Part shown: positions 24,700-36,833 of the stretch, piece by piece | Layout of the letters: every line of letters begins with the position of its first letter | Numbering within the stretch: the stretch's first letter is position 1 | Position numbers and translations under genes: made by a program | The notes under the pieces: model-generated | Told to the model about the DNA's origin: nothing | Databases searched by the model: none | What the model saw: only the letters and a program-made list of their open reading frames with translations | Assembly (NCBI RefSeq): GCF_964213995.1 | Contig: NC_135819.1 | Coordinates: 66,712,001-66,776,000, forward strand | DNA: 64,000 nucleotides | Direction: 5' to 3' | Source of the DNA: Mustelus asterias | Taxonomy: Eukaryota

Positions 24700-25600
24700 T
24701 CCATCATCCAGTGAGATGGGACTGTACTCACCTGGTTTTGTTGTTATCCATCTGTTGTAGTCAGACTAACATTTTCAATGGCTTCTCTTCCACTCTCACA
24801 CTTTTCCTTTTGTACCCTGGGCCCCCTCCTATTTCTGAACCATATGCTGCCCTTCAACAGCATTATCCAAAAACACTGCTGGTTTTCACACGTACACTGA
24901 TGATATCTGGCTCTACCTAAATAATAAGACTGCTCTTTCGACATCCAGCACTGGATGGGCAGAAAAGCGTGCTGGTTAGGTGCATTGGCCATGCTAAATT
25001 CTCCCTCAGTGTACCCGAACAAGTGCAGGAGTGTGGCGACTAGGGGATTTTCACAGTAACTTCATTGCAATGTGAGCCTACTTCTGACACTAATAAATAA
25101 ACTTTTATCACCTGACTCCACCCCTGTTTCAGCTCACCTGGTGAAACTCTCACACCTATGTTGCTCTAGACTTGCCTGTTACAATGGAATCCTGGCTGGT
25201 CTTCCATATTTTTACTCTCCATAAACATGGGTTCTCCAGAACTCTGCTGCCCATGTCTTAACTTACACCACATTCCATTCACCTATTGATTCTGGTTAGC
25301 ACCACCCTGACGTTGAAATTCTCCTCCCTATTTTCCACTTCATGGCCTCGCTCCTCCCTATCTCTAATCTTGTGTACCCCATACAGCCCTCCAAGATGCA
25401 CACACTCCTTTAATTCTGGCCACTTGATCATCCTCAATTTTAATCATTCAAGAATTGGTGGCTGTGCCTTCAACTGTCCAGCCCCTAAGCTCTGGAAATC
25501 TCCCCTACACCTCTGCATCTTTTTACCTTGCTTTCACCTGTTTTATGACATTGCTTAAAGCCTGCCTCTTTGACCAAGTTTTTGTTCATCTGGCCAAATA
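24700..25600 (+). mobile_element. Degenerate L2-like LINE remnant with a V-SINE 3' half inserted at ~24965-25101
   Basis: SRL..YNGILAGLP-like and APKLWKS motifs typical of the L2 RT C-terminus; the V-SINE tail is the same type as 3365-3610. Confidence 0.55.
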
Positions 25601-25883
25601 CCTCGTTAATCTGGCTAAATATCTCCTTACGTGGTTCAGTGGTGCTGTTCCTGCATGCTAACTTCGTGTTTCTTGTACACGGGAGGACTGATGTAGTTGG
25701 AGATGAAATAAGATCCAAATCCTTCTTCTGAATGTTGAACATCTTTTGAAGAGCGAAGAATTATTAACTTTTCTATTCTTCATATCAGGTTAAATAACCT
25801 AAACCTTACTGTTGAGCATCAATCCTGGCATCCGTCTTTTTCATTGCATTTATTTAATGACAATTGTGTTCCATGAACAAGTA

Positions 25884-26789
25884 GGCCGGGATTCTCCCAA
25901 AGAAATTCAAAGGCCCCAATTTGCATGAAGGTGGGAGTAACTTCCACCGATTTATTTTTTTTAGCATGATTTTTAATTTGTGATACACAGAGTGTTGGAG
26001 ATTCAGAGTGCTCTAGCAGGATTCCCTCTGAAAATCGGGAAGTGGGGCCTATTCCCACTGGAGAGGCTGGCAGCATTACCCTGAGCGAGTCACAGCGCAT
26101 GTACCAATCTGTCAGAGTGGAGATCAGTGCATGCGCAGTGGCCCCACATCCCCATCCACCCGCTCGCTGGCCAGCCCCACAACCTCCATCGCTGCCCCTC
26201 TGACTCCCCCACCCCATGATCGCTGGCCTCCCAAACCTCTCCGATCCAGCCCCGATGGCTGTCCTCCCTCGTTCTGCCTGCAATCTCAGTGCAGAGTAGC
26301 AGCAGGTCCCCCCACTCCGATTGGCACCCAAATAGGCCCTGCCCCCAATGCCTGGTGAGCAGTGCCAAGGTACCCTTGGGCATTGCCAGTTTGTCCCTTG
26401 GGCAGTGCCAGGGAATAAGGAACTTATTGAGGACCCCCCCCCCCCCCCCTTGGGGGGGGGGGGGGGGGGGGGGCCTCAATGATCTCTCTTCACTCCAGTG
26501 GGGTTGACTGCCTGTTCCCCATTTAGTGGGGAACAGTTGTGAACCATCCCTGGCAGGGGGAAATGCTAGTGGGCCTGTAGACTTCAGTCCCGGGCCTGCT
26601 AATGTTAATTTCAATATTGAGATCAGCTCCACACCTATTGCCGGCACGGAGCTGATTACTCTCAAAATCTTGGAGCCGGAGACATGCGGAGGCCGTGGTG
26701 CCAGCGGGAAGCCTGTGAAACAGCCTCCGCTGATGTCTCCCGGCCCATTGCACTGCTAGAGCAGAGCAGTGAGTTGAGAGAATCACCCC
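25884..26789 (+). mobile_element. Harbinger-type MITE (~900 bp)
   Basis: Imperfect TIRs ggccgggattctc / gagaatcacccc, no coding capacity, second copy at 1-971. Confidence 0.65.
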
Positions 26790-27224
26790 GTAACCTTTCA
26801 AAAAATATTGCCGACACCTTCCATCACTTTTTGATAGAGTATAGCGATTGAGTGGTAATTGGCCACAATGAACTCAGAGAGGACGTGAGTGAAGATGGGA
26901 CAGAAACTAGAGAAAAATGCCAACTCAGAGCTAGGGCATTGGGGAACCTTTGGCCTGATGAGCTAGCGAAAGCGATGGAGCTGGCAGAATTGGCTGGTCT
27001 CCATCTTTGTGACAAAGATTGCCATGGGGGTGCCTCACACTTGTAGTTGGAGATGACTGGGCTGAGGAGTTTGAGGTAGAGAAAAGAAGCAAGGTGTTAA
27101 CTGTGCAGTCCAGGATGATCCTGGAATAATGAGGTTAATATAAGGGTCTGGTGCATATCGGGTTATTGTGGGACTGAGTACAGTACCACCCACATAGTAA
27201 TGTAAGAAAACACTAAAGTCGTCA

Positions 27225-28010
27225 ATGAACCAAACTGTTCAAAGATCTGAACAACAAATTTATGAGGGGTCAGAGGTACAAAAAGAGACGAGAGCTGAAG
27301 AAAATTGTTGGACATTTGGAAGAAAACTTGGAAAAACATTTAAGAACCTACAATGGCAACAAAAAGTAGAAGCTCTCACCAAAAAAGAGCATGAAGGACA
27401 TCAAAAACAATTAGAAGCACATTTACAGAATGCAAGCTTGAATAGTGGCACAGAGAAATTGCAATCTGCCAAGAAAATACTGATTAGTGTAGAGAATCAA
27501 TTTTCATATACAAAAGATGCGCTTGATAAGGAAAAGTAATAACATTGGAATCTCGCTCACGTGAAGTATAATACTTGAAGGAAGACTTAAAGGATGAACT
27601 TGCTGACACAACTTCAGCAAAAAATAGATCTTCAGTTAAAACCTGATGAACCCCAAGCATCAGAAGTCTCTCGTAAGCATTGTGAAAAATGCTGGGAACA
27701 AAAGAAGGAATTGTTGATGAATCAGAACAGCTGCTTGCAGGCTGAATTAACCAAAACTGATGAAATTCTTGAACTTCAGTACAGTCTAAATAACATGAAA
27801 GCTGAGCCGTTCAGTATGAAAGAGCAAACTTTAAAAGCAGAGAAAGTGAATTCTATCGAACAGCTTGAAGATCTAACGAATTATTTGAAAGAGTCTAAGG
27901 CGTAGCCATTGCCAAAGAAGAAAAGAACTAAATGCTCAGGAGACATTGTCAAGCTTCTAAGAATTCTGCAGATATCCCTGAAGCAGAAACAACTCTTGCT
28001 AGGCTTCATG
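27225..28010 (+). pseudogene. Disrupted coiled-coil protein-coding remnant
   Basis: Two same-frame E/K/Q/L-rich ORFs (27225-27539, 27594-27905) separated by stops, purine-rich, with no TE motifs. Confidence 0.45.
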
Positions 28011-28642
28011 AGCTCAAATAGAAGGTATCAAAACTGTGAAATCAGTGGGAATTAAGGTTTCATTGTTGAAATGTGAACTTCCATATGATTCAGATGTGAT
28101 CCAGATAGAGTGTGATTCCATATCCACATGATGAAAGGGGAAGAAAGCACTATGGGGCTGATTTTTACCAGGGAATGGCGCAAGGCTGATTTTAATATTC
28201 ATGGATTTATTTACACTATTGTCCGGGCTCATTTGATTTTCCAAAATCCAAATATATGTAATAATATCGGACAGAGTGGAGCCAGTTGGGGGGGCGCGGG
28301 TAGGGATCGGGAGGTCGGCAATCGGGGTTGGTTGGGGAGTGGGGGGGTGGAATCAACGATCGGAAGACTGGCGGTCGGAGGGGGAGATGATCAGTAGACA
28401 GGCGAGGTCTGTGGGTGGGGCGGAGGGGGAGGGCAGCCATTCTCATTGGGAGAAGGCCATGTCCATTAAGGGAGGGAAGTAAAACAGTTTGTCTGTTTTC
28501 ATGGGAGAAGATATGGAAAATCACGCAGAAGTACTAGGCGACCAAGGGACTTGCAAAACTGAAGAACTAAAAGAAATTGTATTAGGAAGGAGGTAGTACT
28601 TAAAGGATTGAAGGTTGATAAATCCCCCGTACTCCGATGGGA

Positions 28643-28948
28643 AGGCAGTGGCGTAGTAACATTGTCACCGGACTAATAATCCAGAGACTGGGGGTAATGC
28701 AATGGGGACTCGGGTTTGAATCCTATTGTGGCAGATGGTGAATTTTGAATCCAATAAATTCTGGATTTAACATCATTGTCATAGAAACCCATTTGGTTCA
28801 CTAATGCCCTTAGGGAAGGAACTCTGTCACCTTTGCCTGGTCTGTGTCTTAAATGGTCCAGCAAGCTACTCACTAAGTTCAAGGACCATTAGAAGTGAGC
28901 AATTAATGCTGACCCAGCCAGTGACACTCGCATCCAATGAATAAAAAA
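28643..28948 (+). mobile_element. tRNA-derived SINE of a third family
   Basis: Box A tggcgtagtaac, box B gggtttgaatcc, tail ...catccaatgaataaaaaa. Confidence 0.7.
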
Positions 28949-29325
28949 GGTGAGCTTCATCCTGAGAGGTAGCTCGAAAGTAGTGAATGCATTGGTGGTT
29001 ATCTTTCAAAATTCTATTCACTCTGGAATGGTTCCTCCTGGACTGGAAAGTAGCAAATATAACCCCACTATTTTAAAGAGGGAGGAAGAGGGTGAATGGA
29101 GAACTACAGCCATGTTAGCTTGATGTAAGTGGTAGGGAAAATATTAGAATTTATGATAAAGGATCTGATAACTGGACATTTAGAGTAAAATTGATCAGAG
29201 TCAACATGGATTTACAAAAGGGAAATCATATTTGACAAACCTGCTGGAGTTTTTACTTATAGCTTTGATAATGGAGAACCAGTGAATATGATGTAGCTGG
29301 ATTTTCAGAAGGCTTTTGATAAGGT

Positions 29326-30181
29326 CCATAAGTGGGAATCCTAATAGGTTAATAAGATTTTTAAATGATTAGATATTAAGGCACTGACAGAACTACCAGC
29401 ATTAAGTTAAATTACTTTTAAAACAAGTTTATATGCTAACAAGAGAATGGTTTACATACATGTGAATGCAGTGAAAAATTTAAACAAGTGATTATGATTT
29501 TAAAATACATATATGCTGCAAAGCATCATGATAAAAAGGCATTAGGGTAAGTCATATTCCAAGAGAATATTTAGATCTTGGGGACATGCAAGATTTATCA
29601 GTAAAGTTTCAGATGGAGAGAATACCTCGGACACTTAATCACATTTCATGAATAGAGTTTATTCACTACCCAGGTAAGATGCTTAGACATGGAGTCATGT
29701 GTTAATCTGGTTTGGCAATGACTCTAAGGGAACCTATGAGAACATTCATTTGAACTTTGGGTTGGCGTCTGAGGTTACCAGGCAACACAGGAAGTGTGGT
29801 CAGCCAAGACGGGAGTTAGTTTCCGAATTTTATGGACTAATAAAATGCCACTATGCCAGACAGTAAGATGCAGTTGGTTAAGAGGACATAACAGATATTG
29901 TTGATTTGTGTATATTGAAGATGATTGATTTTAAGCTAATAAAAGGTGGGAGTTATTGATCAGAAAACCTATAATTGATCTGTTTTGAATTGTAAATGCC
30001 AGAACTCATTGAAGAGGTCTGGCTGCTCTATCTCAAGAGTGGCCTCGACCTTTTAATGATTTTCTCCTGGCAGCTGCTGGTTAAATAAAGTTACGTCTTT
30101 AATACAGAGATTCTGGCTCTGTGAATCTTCTATTGTCTGAAGTTTAGGCAGTACTGGTCACCTCAGGTACCCCACTTAACA
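29326..30181 (+). mobile_element. Solo LTR (~856 bp) with 4-bp TSD aggt
   Basis: Terminal inverted motif taagtggg...cccacttaaca, AATAAA at ~30084, aggt at 29322-29325 and 30182-30185; interrupts the CR1 FDKV motif. Confidence 0.75.
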
Positions 30182-30633
30182 AGGTTGCAACACGGAGTTT
30201 AGTTCATAAAATTAGAGCGCATGGGATTGGGAGAAATGTACTAAAAGATATTGAGAATTGATTAACAGACAAAAAGTAGAGAGTATTACTAAACGGATCA
30301 TTTTCAGAGAGACCGACTATTATTAGTAGGATACTACAAGGATCAGTCTGAGTCCACAGCTGTTCACAATCTGCATAACTAATGTGGGGGCTAATTGCAA
30401 GATTTCCAAAGTTGCTGATGATACTAAACTAGATGGGATTGTAAGGAGGATGCAAGAAGCTGTCAAGAGGACTTGGACAGGCTAAGTGAATGGACTGGAA
30501 CATGGTAGGTAGAATATAATGTGAAGTTATTTACTTGGTAGAAAAAACAGAAACACAGAATATTTCTTAAATGGTAGGTGTTTGGGAAGTGTGAATGTCC
30601 AAAAGGTCACTAAAAGTTATCATGCAGGTGTAT

Positions 30634-31163
30634 TGTGGAAGGTAAAATGCTCAGATGTTTTTTAAAAATGCCTTCTCTAACAGCTAGTGAGAATGTTATT
30701 AGCTACAGACCTTCAAGGGAGCCTGTCTGCTTTAGACTAATCTTCTTTTGCCCAGCCCTCAAAACATTCTGCTTTTTGACCTTCACCAGAGGGTGAACAA
30801 GACCAGATTTTTTTCCACAACAAATACTGAAGGCAAGATATGGGGATATGCTATGCAAATGAAGGATTAGCAGAAATCAATTTTTCATCGAATGAGAGGG
30901 TGAAAAGCCAGGATTTAATTGGCAAATATGTCTGTCAATGAAGAATGTGAACAAAACGCTTGTTCCTGATTTGCTGCAATTGACTATAACTGAGTTGTTT
31001 CTCTAACATCAGAACTACTCCAGCCATTTCGATGGAGGGCGGGGAGTTCTCCTTGTGCGCAAGTAATTAAAGACCTTGCATTGGATGCATGGTGTCCAGT
31101 GCTGTTTGTATTAAGAGTCGACTAAGTGTGCATAAGGTTGCTGGTACCCAAGGATCTCTGACA
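30634..31163 (+). mobile_element. 5' LTR of an endogenous retrovirus
   Basis: TG...CA ends, ATTAAA at ~31066, followed closely by a PBS. The left boundary is inferred from where CR1 homology stops. Confidence 0.7.
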
Positions 31164-31168
31164 GTTTT

Positions 31169-31186
31169 TGGAGGTTCCACTGAGAT
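31169..31186 (+). promoter_or_regulatory. Retroviral primer-binding site for tRNA-Gln
   Basis: tggaggttccactgagat matches TGGAGGTTCCACCGAGAT (complement of the vertebrate tRNA-Gln 3' end) at 17/18; the mismatch is a CpG transition. Confidence 0.85.
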
Positions 31187-31403
31187 TGCAAATCCCTGGA
31201 GTGTCTATGGGAAGGTAGCGTGGTGCCTTGCTGACAAAAGGCTCAAAGACCGCGGCTGCCTGGTTTTGGGCATTGAGCCATCTTGACTGGGGGAACGCAC
31301 ACGCTGTCCTGTGTAAACATTACCAGAGTAAGCACACGGGTTCAAATCCCCTGAGGGTGCAGCATAAGGGTTGGGTGTTGGACCCCCTGTATAGGCACAT
31401 TTT

Positions 31404-32004
31404 GTGGTGTGGAGATGCCAGCGTTGGACTGGGGTGAACACAGTAAGAAGTCTCACAACACCAGGTTAAGGTCCAACAGGTTTATTTGGTAGCAAATACC
31501 ATAAGCTTTCGGAGCACTGCTAAAGCACTCTAAAGCAGCACAGTCACAGGCATTCAGCCTTGGATCCTCAGGTAAGCATTCTCCAAGGCAGCCTTCACGA
31601 CACACGACAGCGCAGAGTCGCTGAGCAGAAACTGATAGCCAAGTTCCACACACACGAGGACGGCCTAAACTGGGATGTTGGATTTGTGTCACACTATCAG
31701 TAACCCCCACAGCTTGCCTCCTGGGCTTGCAGAATCTCACTGGCTGTTCTGTCTGGAGACAATACACATCTCTTTAACCTGTGTTTAATGCTCCCTCCAC
31801 CACATTGTCTGTACCTTTAAGACCTGGCTGGCTTTAGGGATTCGCATTCTAATCAATATTCTGCAACTTGATTTTGTGTCTGTGCCCTGTTTGAGAGCAC
31901 ATTTCCACTCCATCTGACGAAGGAGCAGTGCTCCGAAAGCTTATGGTATTTGCTACCAAATAAACCTGTTGGACTTTAACCTGGTGTTGTGAGACTTCTT
32001 ACTG
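31404..32004 (+). mobile_element. Penelope element: inverted pLTR, GIY-YIG C-terminal remnant and a pLTR with hammerhead ribozyme
   Basis: VSILQGSLHDTRQRRVAEQKLIAKFHTHEDGLNWDVGFVSHYQ* at 31572-31703, CTGACGA...GAAA at 31914-31938, TSD taggcacatttt at 31392-31403 and 32005-32016. Confidence 0.9.
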
Positions 32005-32111
32005 TAGGCACATTTTTCCAGGGTTCGAGTCCCCGGAAAACCACGGTCCCGATTTGATTGATTACCTAATTCCAAATTGATTCAGATTTTTTTCTGTTAT
32101 ACCCTTTTCTG

Positions 32112-32492
32112 ACAGGTTTATTTGGCAGCATTAGCTTTCGGAGTCTCAGGCTCCTTCCTCAGGTGAGTGAGGACTTGTGTTCACAAACAGGGCATATAAA
32201 GACACAAACTCAATTTACAAGATAATGGTTGGAATGCGAGTCTTTACAGGTAATCAATGTCTTTAAGACTTGATTATCTTTTAAAGACTCGCATTCCAAC
32301 CATTATCTTGGAATTTAATTTGTGTCTTTATATGCCCTGTTTGTGAACACAAGTCCTCACTCACCAGAGGAAGGAGCATGAGACTCCGAAAGCTAGTGCT
32401 GCCAAATAAACCTGTTGGACTTTAACCTGGTGTTGTGAGACTTCTTACTGTGCCTTTTACCCCAGTCCAACGCCGGCATCTTCACATCATGG
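32112..32492 (+). mobile_element. Palindromic Penelope pLTR insert
   Basis: Inverted arms of ~150 bp, hammerhead motifs on both strands, TSD atacccttttctg at 32099-32111 and 32493-32505. Confidence 0.9.
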
Positions 32493-32888
32493 ATACCCTT
32501 TTCTGCCACATGATGGCGCTCTGGACCAGATGATTTCACTCTGCTAGAATTGAGTTTTAATCCTTTGTTAGCCTGTTTTTTTTTGTGTCGGTCTTTGTCT
32601 ATGTGTAACCATGTCTTGCGCCGGTTGGCAGGATAGAACAGATCCCCTCTTTGATCATGGAGAATTCATTAGGGAAAGCACATGAGCCTCCTCCTAAGAG
32701 AACGTCCTTGGTTTTTTAAAGGCCGTATTTTAATAGTTCCGACTCCTAACGTTCATTTGGCATAGGATTTATAGCACGGTACAGGAACCTGATAAGGATG
32801 TATTATAGAACAAAGAACAAACAAAGAACAGTACAGCACAGGAAACAGGCCCTTCGGCCCTCCAAGCCTGTGCCGCTCCTTGGTCCAA

Positions 32889-35805
32889 CTAGACCAATCG
32901 TTTGTATCCCTCCATTCCCAGGCTGCTCATGTGACTATCCAGGTAAGTCTTAAACGATGTCAGCGTGCCTGCCTCCACCACCCTACTTGGCAGCGCATTC
33001 CAGGCCCCCACCACCCTCTGTGTAAAAAACGTCCCTCTGATGTCTGAGTTATACTTCGCCCCTCTCAGCTTGAGCCCGTGACCCCTCGTGATCGTCACCT
33101 CCGACCTGGGAAAAAGCTTCCCACTGTTCACCCTATCTATACCCTTCATAATCTTGTATACCTCTATTAGATCTCCCCTCATTCTCCGTCTTTCCAAGGA
33201 GAACAACCCCAGTCTACCCAATCTCTCCTCATAGCTAAGACCCTCCATACCAGGCAACATCCTGGTAAACCTTCTCTGCACTCTCTCCAATGCCTCCACG
33301 TCCTTCTGGTAGTGCGGCGACCAGAACTGGACGCAAATGCGGCCTAACCAGCGTTCTATACAGCTGCATCATCAGACTCCAGCTTTTATACTCTATACCC
33401 CGTCCTATAAAGGCAAGCATACCATATGCCTTCTTCACCACCTTCTCCACCTGTGTTGCCACCTTCAAGGATTTGTGGACTTGCACACCTAGGTCCCTCT
33501 GTGTTTCTATACTCCTGATGACTCTGCCATTTATTGCATAACTCCTCCCTACATTATTTCTTCCAAAATGCATCACTTCGCATTTATCCGGATTAAATTC
33601 CATCTGCCACCTCTCCGCCCAATTTTCCAGCCTATCTATATCCTGCTGTATTGCCCGACAATGCTCTTCGCTATCCGCAATTCCAGCCATCTTTGTGTCA
33701 TCCGCAAACTTGCTGATTACACCAGTTACACCTTCTTCCAAATCATTTATATATATCACAAATAGCAGAGGTCCCAGTACAGAGCCCTGCGGAACACCAC
33801 TGGTCACAGACCTCCAGCCAGAAAAAGACCCTTCGACCACTACCCTCTGTCTCCTATGGCCAAGCCAGTTCTCCACCCATCGAGCCACTTCTCCTTGTAT
33901 CCCATGAGCCTTAACCTTCTTAACCAACCTGCCATGTGGGACTTTGTCAAATGCCTTACTGAAATCCATATAGACGACATCCACGGCCCTTCCTTCATCA
34001 ACCGTTTTTGTCACTTCCTCAAAAAACTCCACCAAATTTGTAAGGCACGACCTCCCTCTTACAAAACCATGCTGTCTGTCACTAATGAGATTGTTCCGTT
34101 CTAAATGCACATACATCCTGTCTCTAAGAATCCTCTCCAACAACTTCCCTACCACGGACGTCAAGCTCACCGGCCTATAATTTCCTGGGTTATCCCTGCT
34201 ACCCTTCTTAAACAACGGGACCACATTCGCTATCCTCCAATCCTCAGGGACCTCACCTGTGGCCAAAGAAGCGACAAAGATTTCCGTCAGAGGCCCAGCA
34301 ATTTCCTCTCTCGTCTCCCTGAGCAGTCGAGGATAGATGCCATCAGGCCCTGGGGCTTTGTCAGTTTTAATGTTCCCTAAAAAACCTAACACTTCCTCTC
34401 TTGTAATGGAGATTTTCTCTAACGGGTCAACACCTCCCTCCGAGACACTCCCGGTTAACACGCCCCTCTCCTTCGTGAATACCGATGCAAAGTATTCATT
34501 TAGGATCTCCCCTATTCCCTTGGGTTCTAAGCATAATTCCCCTCCTTTGTCCCTGAGAGGTCCGATTTTCTCCCTGACAACTCTTTTGTTCCTAACGTAT
34601 GAATAGAATGCCTTAGGATTCTCCTTAATCCTGCCTGCCAAGAACATCTCGTGCCCTCTTTTTGCCCTTCTAACTCCCCGTTTGAGATCTTTCCTACTCT
34701 CTCTGTATTCCTCCAGAGCTCCATCTGTTTTCAGTTGCCTGGACTTAACGTATGCCTCCCTTTTCATTTTAATCAGATCCTCAATTTCCCTGGTTATCCA
34801 CGGCTCTCGAATCCTACCTTTCCTATCTTTCCTTTTTACAGGCACATGCCTATCCTGCAGCCTTATCAATAGTTCCTTAAAAGACTCCCACATGCCAGAT
34901 GCGGACTTACCCTCGAACATCCTCTCCCAATCAACATCCACCAATTCCTGCCTAATCCGGCTATAGTCAGCCTTCCCCCAATTTAGAACCCTGCCCGTAG
35001 GACAGCACTCATCCTTGTCCATTACTATCCTAAAGTTAACAGAGTTGTGGTCACTATTTGCCACATGTTCCCCTACCGAAACTTTGACGACCTGACCGGG
35101 CTCATTTCCCAGAACTAGGTCCAGTATAGCCCCCTCTCTAGTCGGGCTATCTACATACTGTTCCAAGGAACCTTCCAGTACGCATTTTACAAATTCCTCC
35201 CCGTCCGGTCCCCCAGCTCTAAGCACTTTCCAGTCTGTGCCAGGGAAATTAAAGTCCCCCACTACAACAACCCTATTTTTTCTGCACCTATCCAGAATCT
35301 CCTGACATATCCTTTCCTCCACTTCCCGTGGGCTGTTGGGTGGTCTGTAGTACACCCCCAGCATAGTGACTGCACCCTTCCTGTTTCTGAGTTCCACCCA
35401 CAGCGACTCAGTACATGACCCCTCTAAGTTGTCTACCCTCTGCACTGCGGTAATATGCTCCTTAACTAATATCGCTACTCCCCCACCTTTTTTAGCCCCT
35501 CCTCTGTCTCGCCTAAAACACTGATACCCCGGAATATTCAGCTGCCAGTCCTGTCCTTCTTTTAACCAAGTTTCCGTCACCGCAACCACATCCAAATTCC
35601 GCACAAGCATTAAGGCCCTAAGTTCGTCTGTTTTACCCGTTACACTCCTCGCATTGAAGTAGATGCACTCCAGACCTCCAGGCCCAGTCAGATCCTCCTC
35701 CTCCAGAGTGCTCCTCTTCTTAGCTAGCCTTGCCCTGGCCCCCAGCTCGACCCCAGCCTCAGTATTTACTGACCTCCTGTTTTGTTCCCCACCCCCCTGC
35801 CACAC
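32889..35805 (-). CDS. CR1 ORF2 (APE endonuclease + reverse transcriptase), frameshifted near 33335
   Basis: YFNARS, VTETW, GDFNFP, SDHN, GVPQGSVLGP and KFADDTK; the C-terminus continues in ORF 32889-33299. Confidence 0.93.
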
Positions 35806-36833
35806 TAGTTTAAATCCTGCCGAAACACTCGAGCAAAACTCCCAGCCAGGATATTTGCTCCCTTCCAGTTAAGGTGTAACCCATCCTTTCTGTACAGTTG
35901 CCATCCTGACTTGAAGATTTCCCAGTTATCTATGAATTTAAAACCCTCCCTCTTGCACCAGTCCTTTAGCCACGCGTTCAACTGTAGAATCTCCCTGTTC
36001 CGAGCCTCACTTGCACTAGGCACCGGGAGCAGTCCAGAGATTGCTACACTGGAGGTCTTACTTTTTAGCCTAGCACCCAACTCCCTGAATTTCTCTCGTA
36101 TGACCCCCCTGCTCTTCCTACCTACATCATTTCCCCCAATGTGTACAATCACATCCGTTTGACTACCTTCCTTTTTAAATATGCTTCCTACCCTCTCGGA
36201 GACATTCAGTACCCCGGCACCAGGGAGGCAGACTACCATCCTGGATTCTCGTTCAGTCCCACAGAAGCGCCTGTCCGTGCCTCTAACTATTGCGTCCCCC
36301 ACAACTATCGCTCTCCTAAACCCCTTCTTTCCCTTCCGGACCCCTGAGCCTGTCTCCGTGGAGGCGATCTGGTCCTCGTGGCTTACCCCTGGAGGGTCAT
36401 CCCCCTCCACAGAATCCAAAACAATATACCTATTGTGGAGGGGGACAACCACAGGGGATCCCTCCACAGACTGCTCACTCCCTTCCCTTCTCCCATCTGT
36501 TGCCCATCCCTTTCTCTTATGGGAGACTGCCACTGGGGTGCTTTCTGGCACATCACCCTTCTGACTATTACCCCTCCTAACCGTGACCCACGTGTCTTCC
36601 TTCCGAGACCCTGGTGTCACTACCTGACTATAACTTTTATCTATGACTCTCTCATTTTCCCTAACTAAACTGAGTTCATCGAGCCTCAGCTCCAGCTCCC
36701 TTACACGATCCTTCAGGAGATGCAGTTCCACACATCTGGCACAGATATGGACTTCCGGGAGGCAAGTTGTCTCCAGGAACTCCCACATCCCACACCGAAT
36801 GCAGTATACTGGCCTCCCACTCATACCAGCCAT
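35805..36833 (-). CDS. CR1 ORF1: zinc finger, coiled coil and SGNH esterase-like domain
   Basis: CIRC...CARC, heptad LKDRVRELELRLDEL, blocks GDAIVR / CLPGA / HIGGND / DGLHLN; probable start MAGMSG. Confidence 0.92.
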   Translation of the reverse strand: MAGMSGRPVYCIRCGMWEFLETTCLPEVHICARCVELHLLKDRVRELELRLDELSLVRENERVIDKSYSQVVTPGSRKEDTWVTVRRGNSQKGDVPESTPVAVSHKRKGWATDGRREGSEQSVEGSPVVVPLHNRYIVLDSVEGDDPPGVSHEDQIASTETGSGVRKGKKGFRRAIVVGDAIVRGTDRRFCGTERESRMVVCLPGAGVLNVSERVGSIFKKEGSQTDVIVHIGGNDVGRKSRGVIREKFRELGARLKSKTSSVAISGLLPVPSASEARNREILQLNAWLKDWCKREGFKFIDNWEIFKSGWQLYRKDGLHLNWKGANILAGSFARVFRQDLN

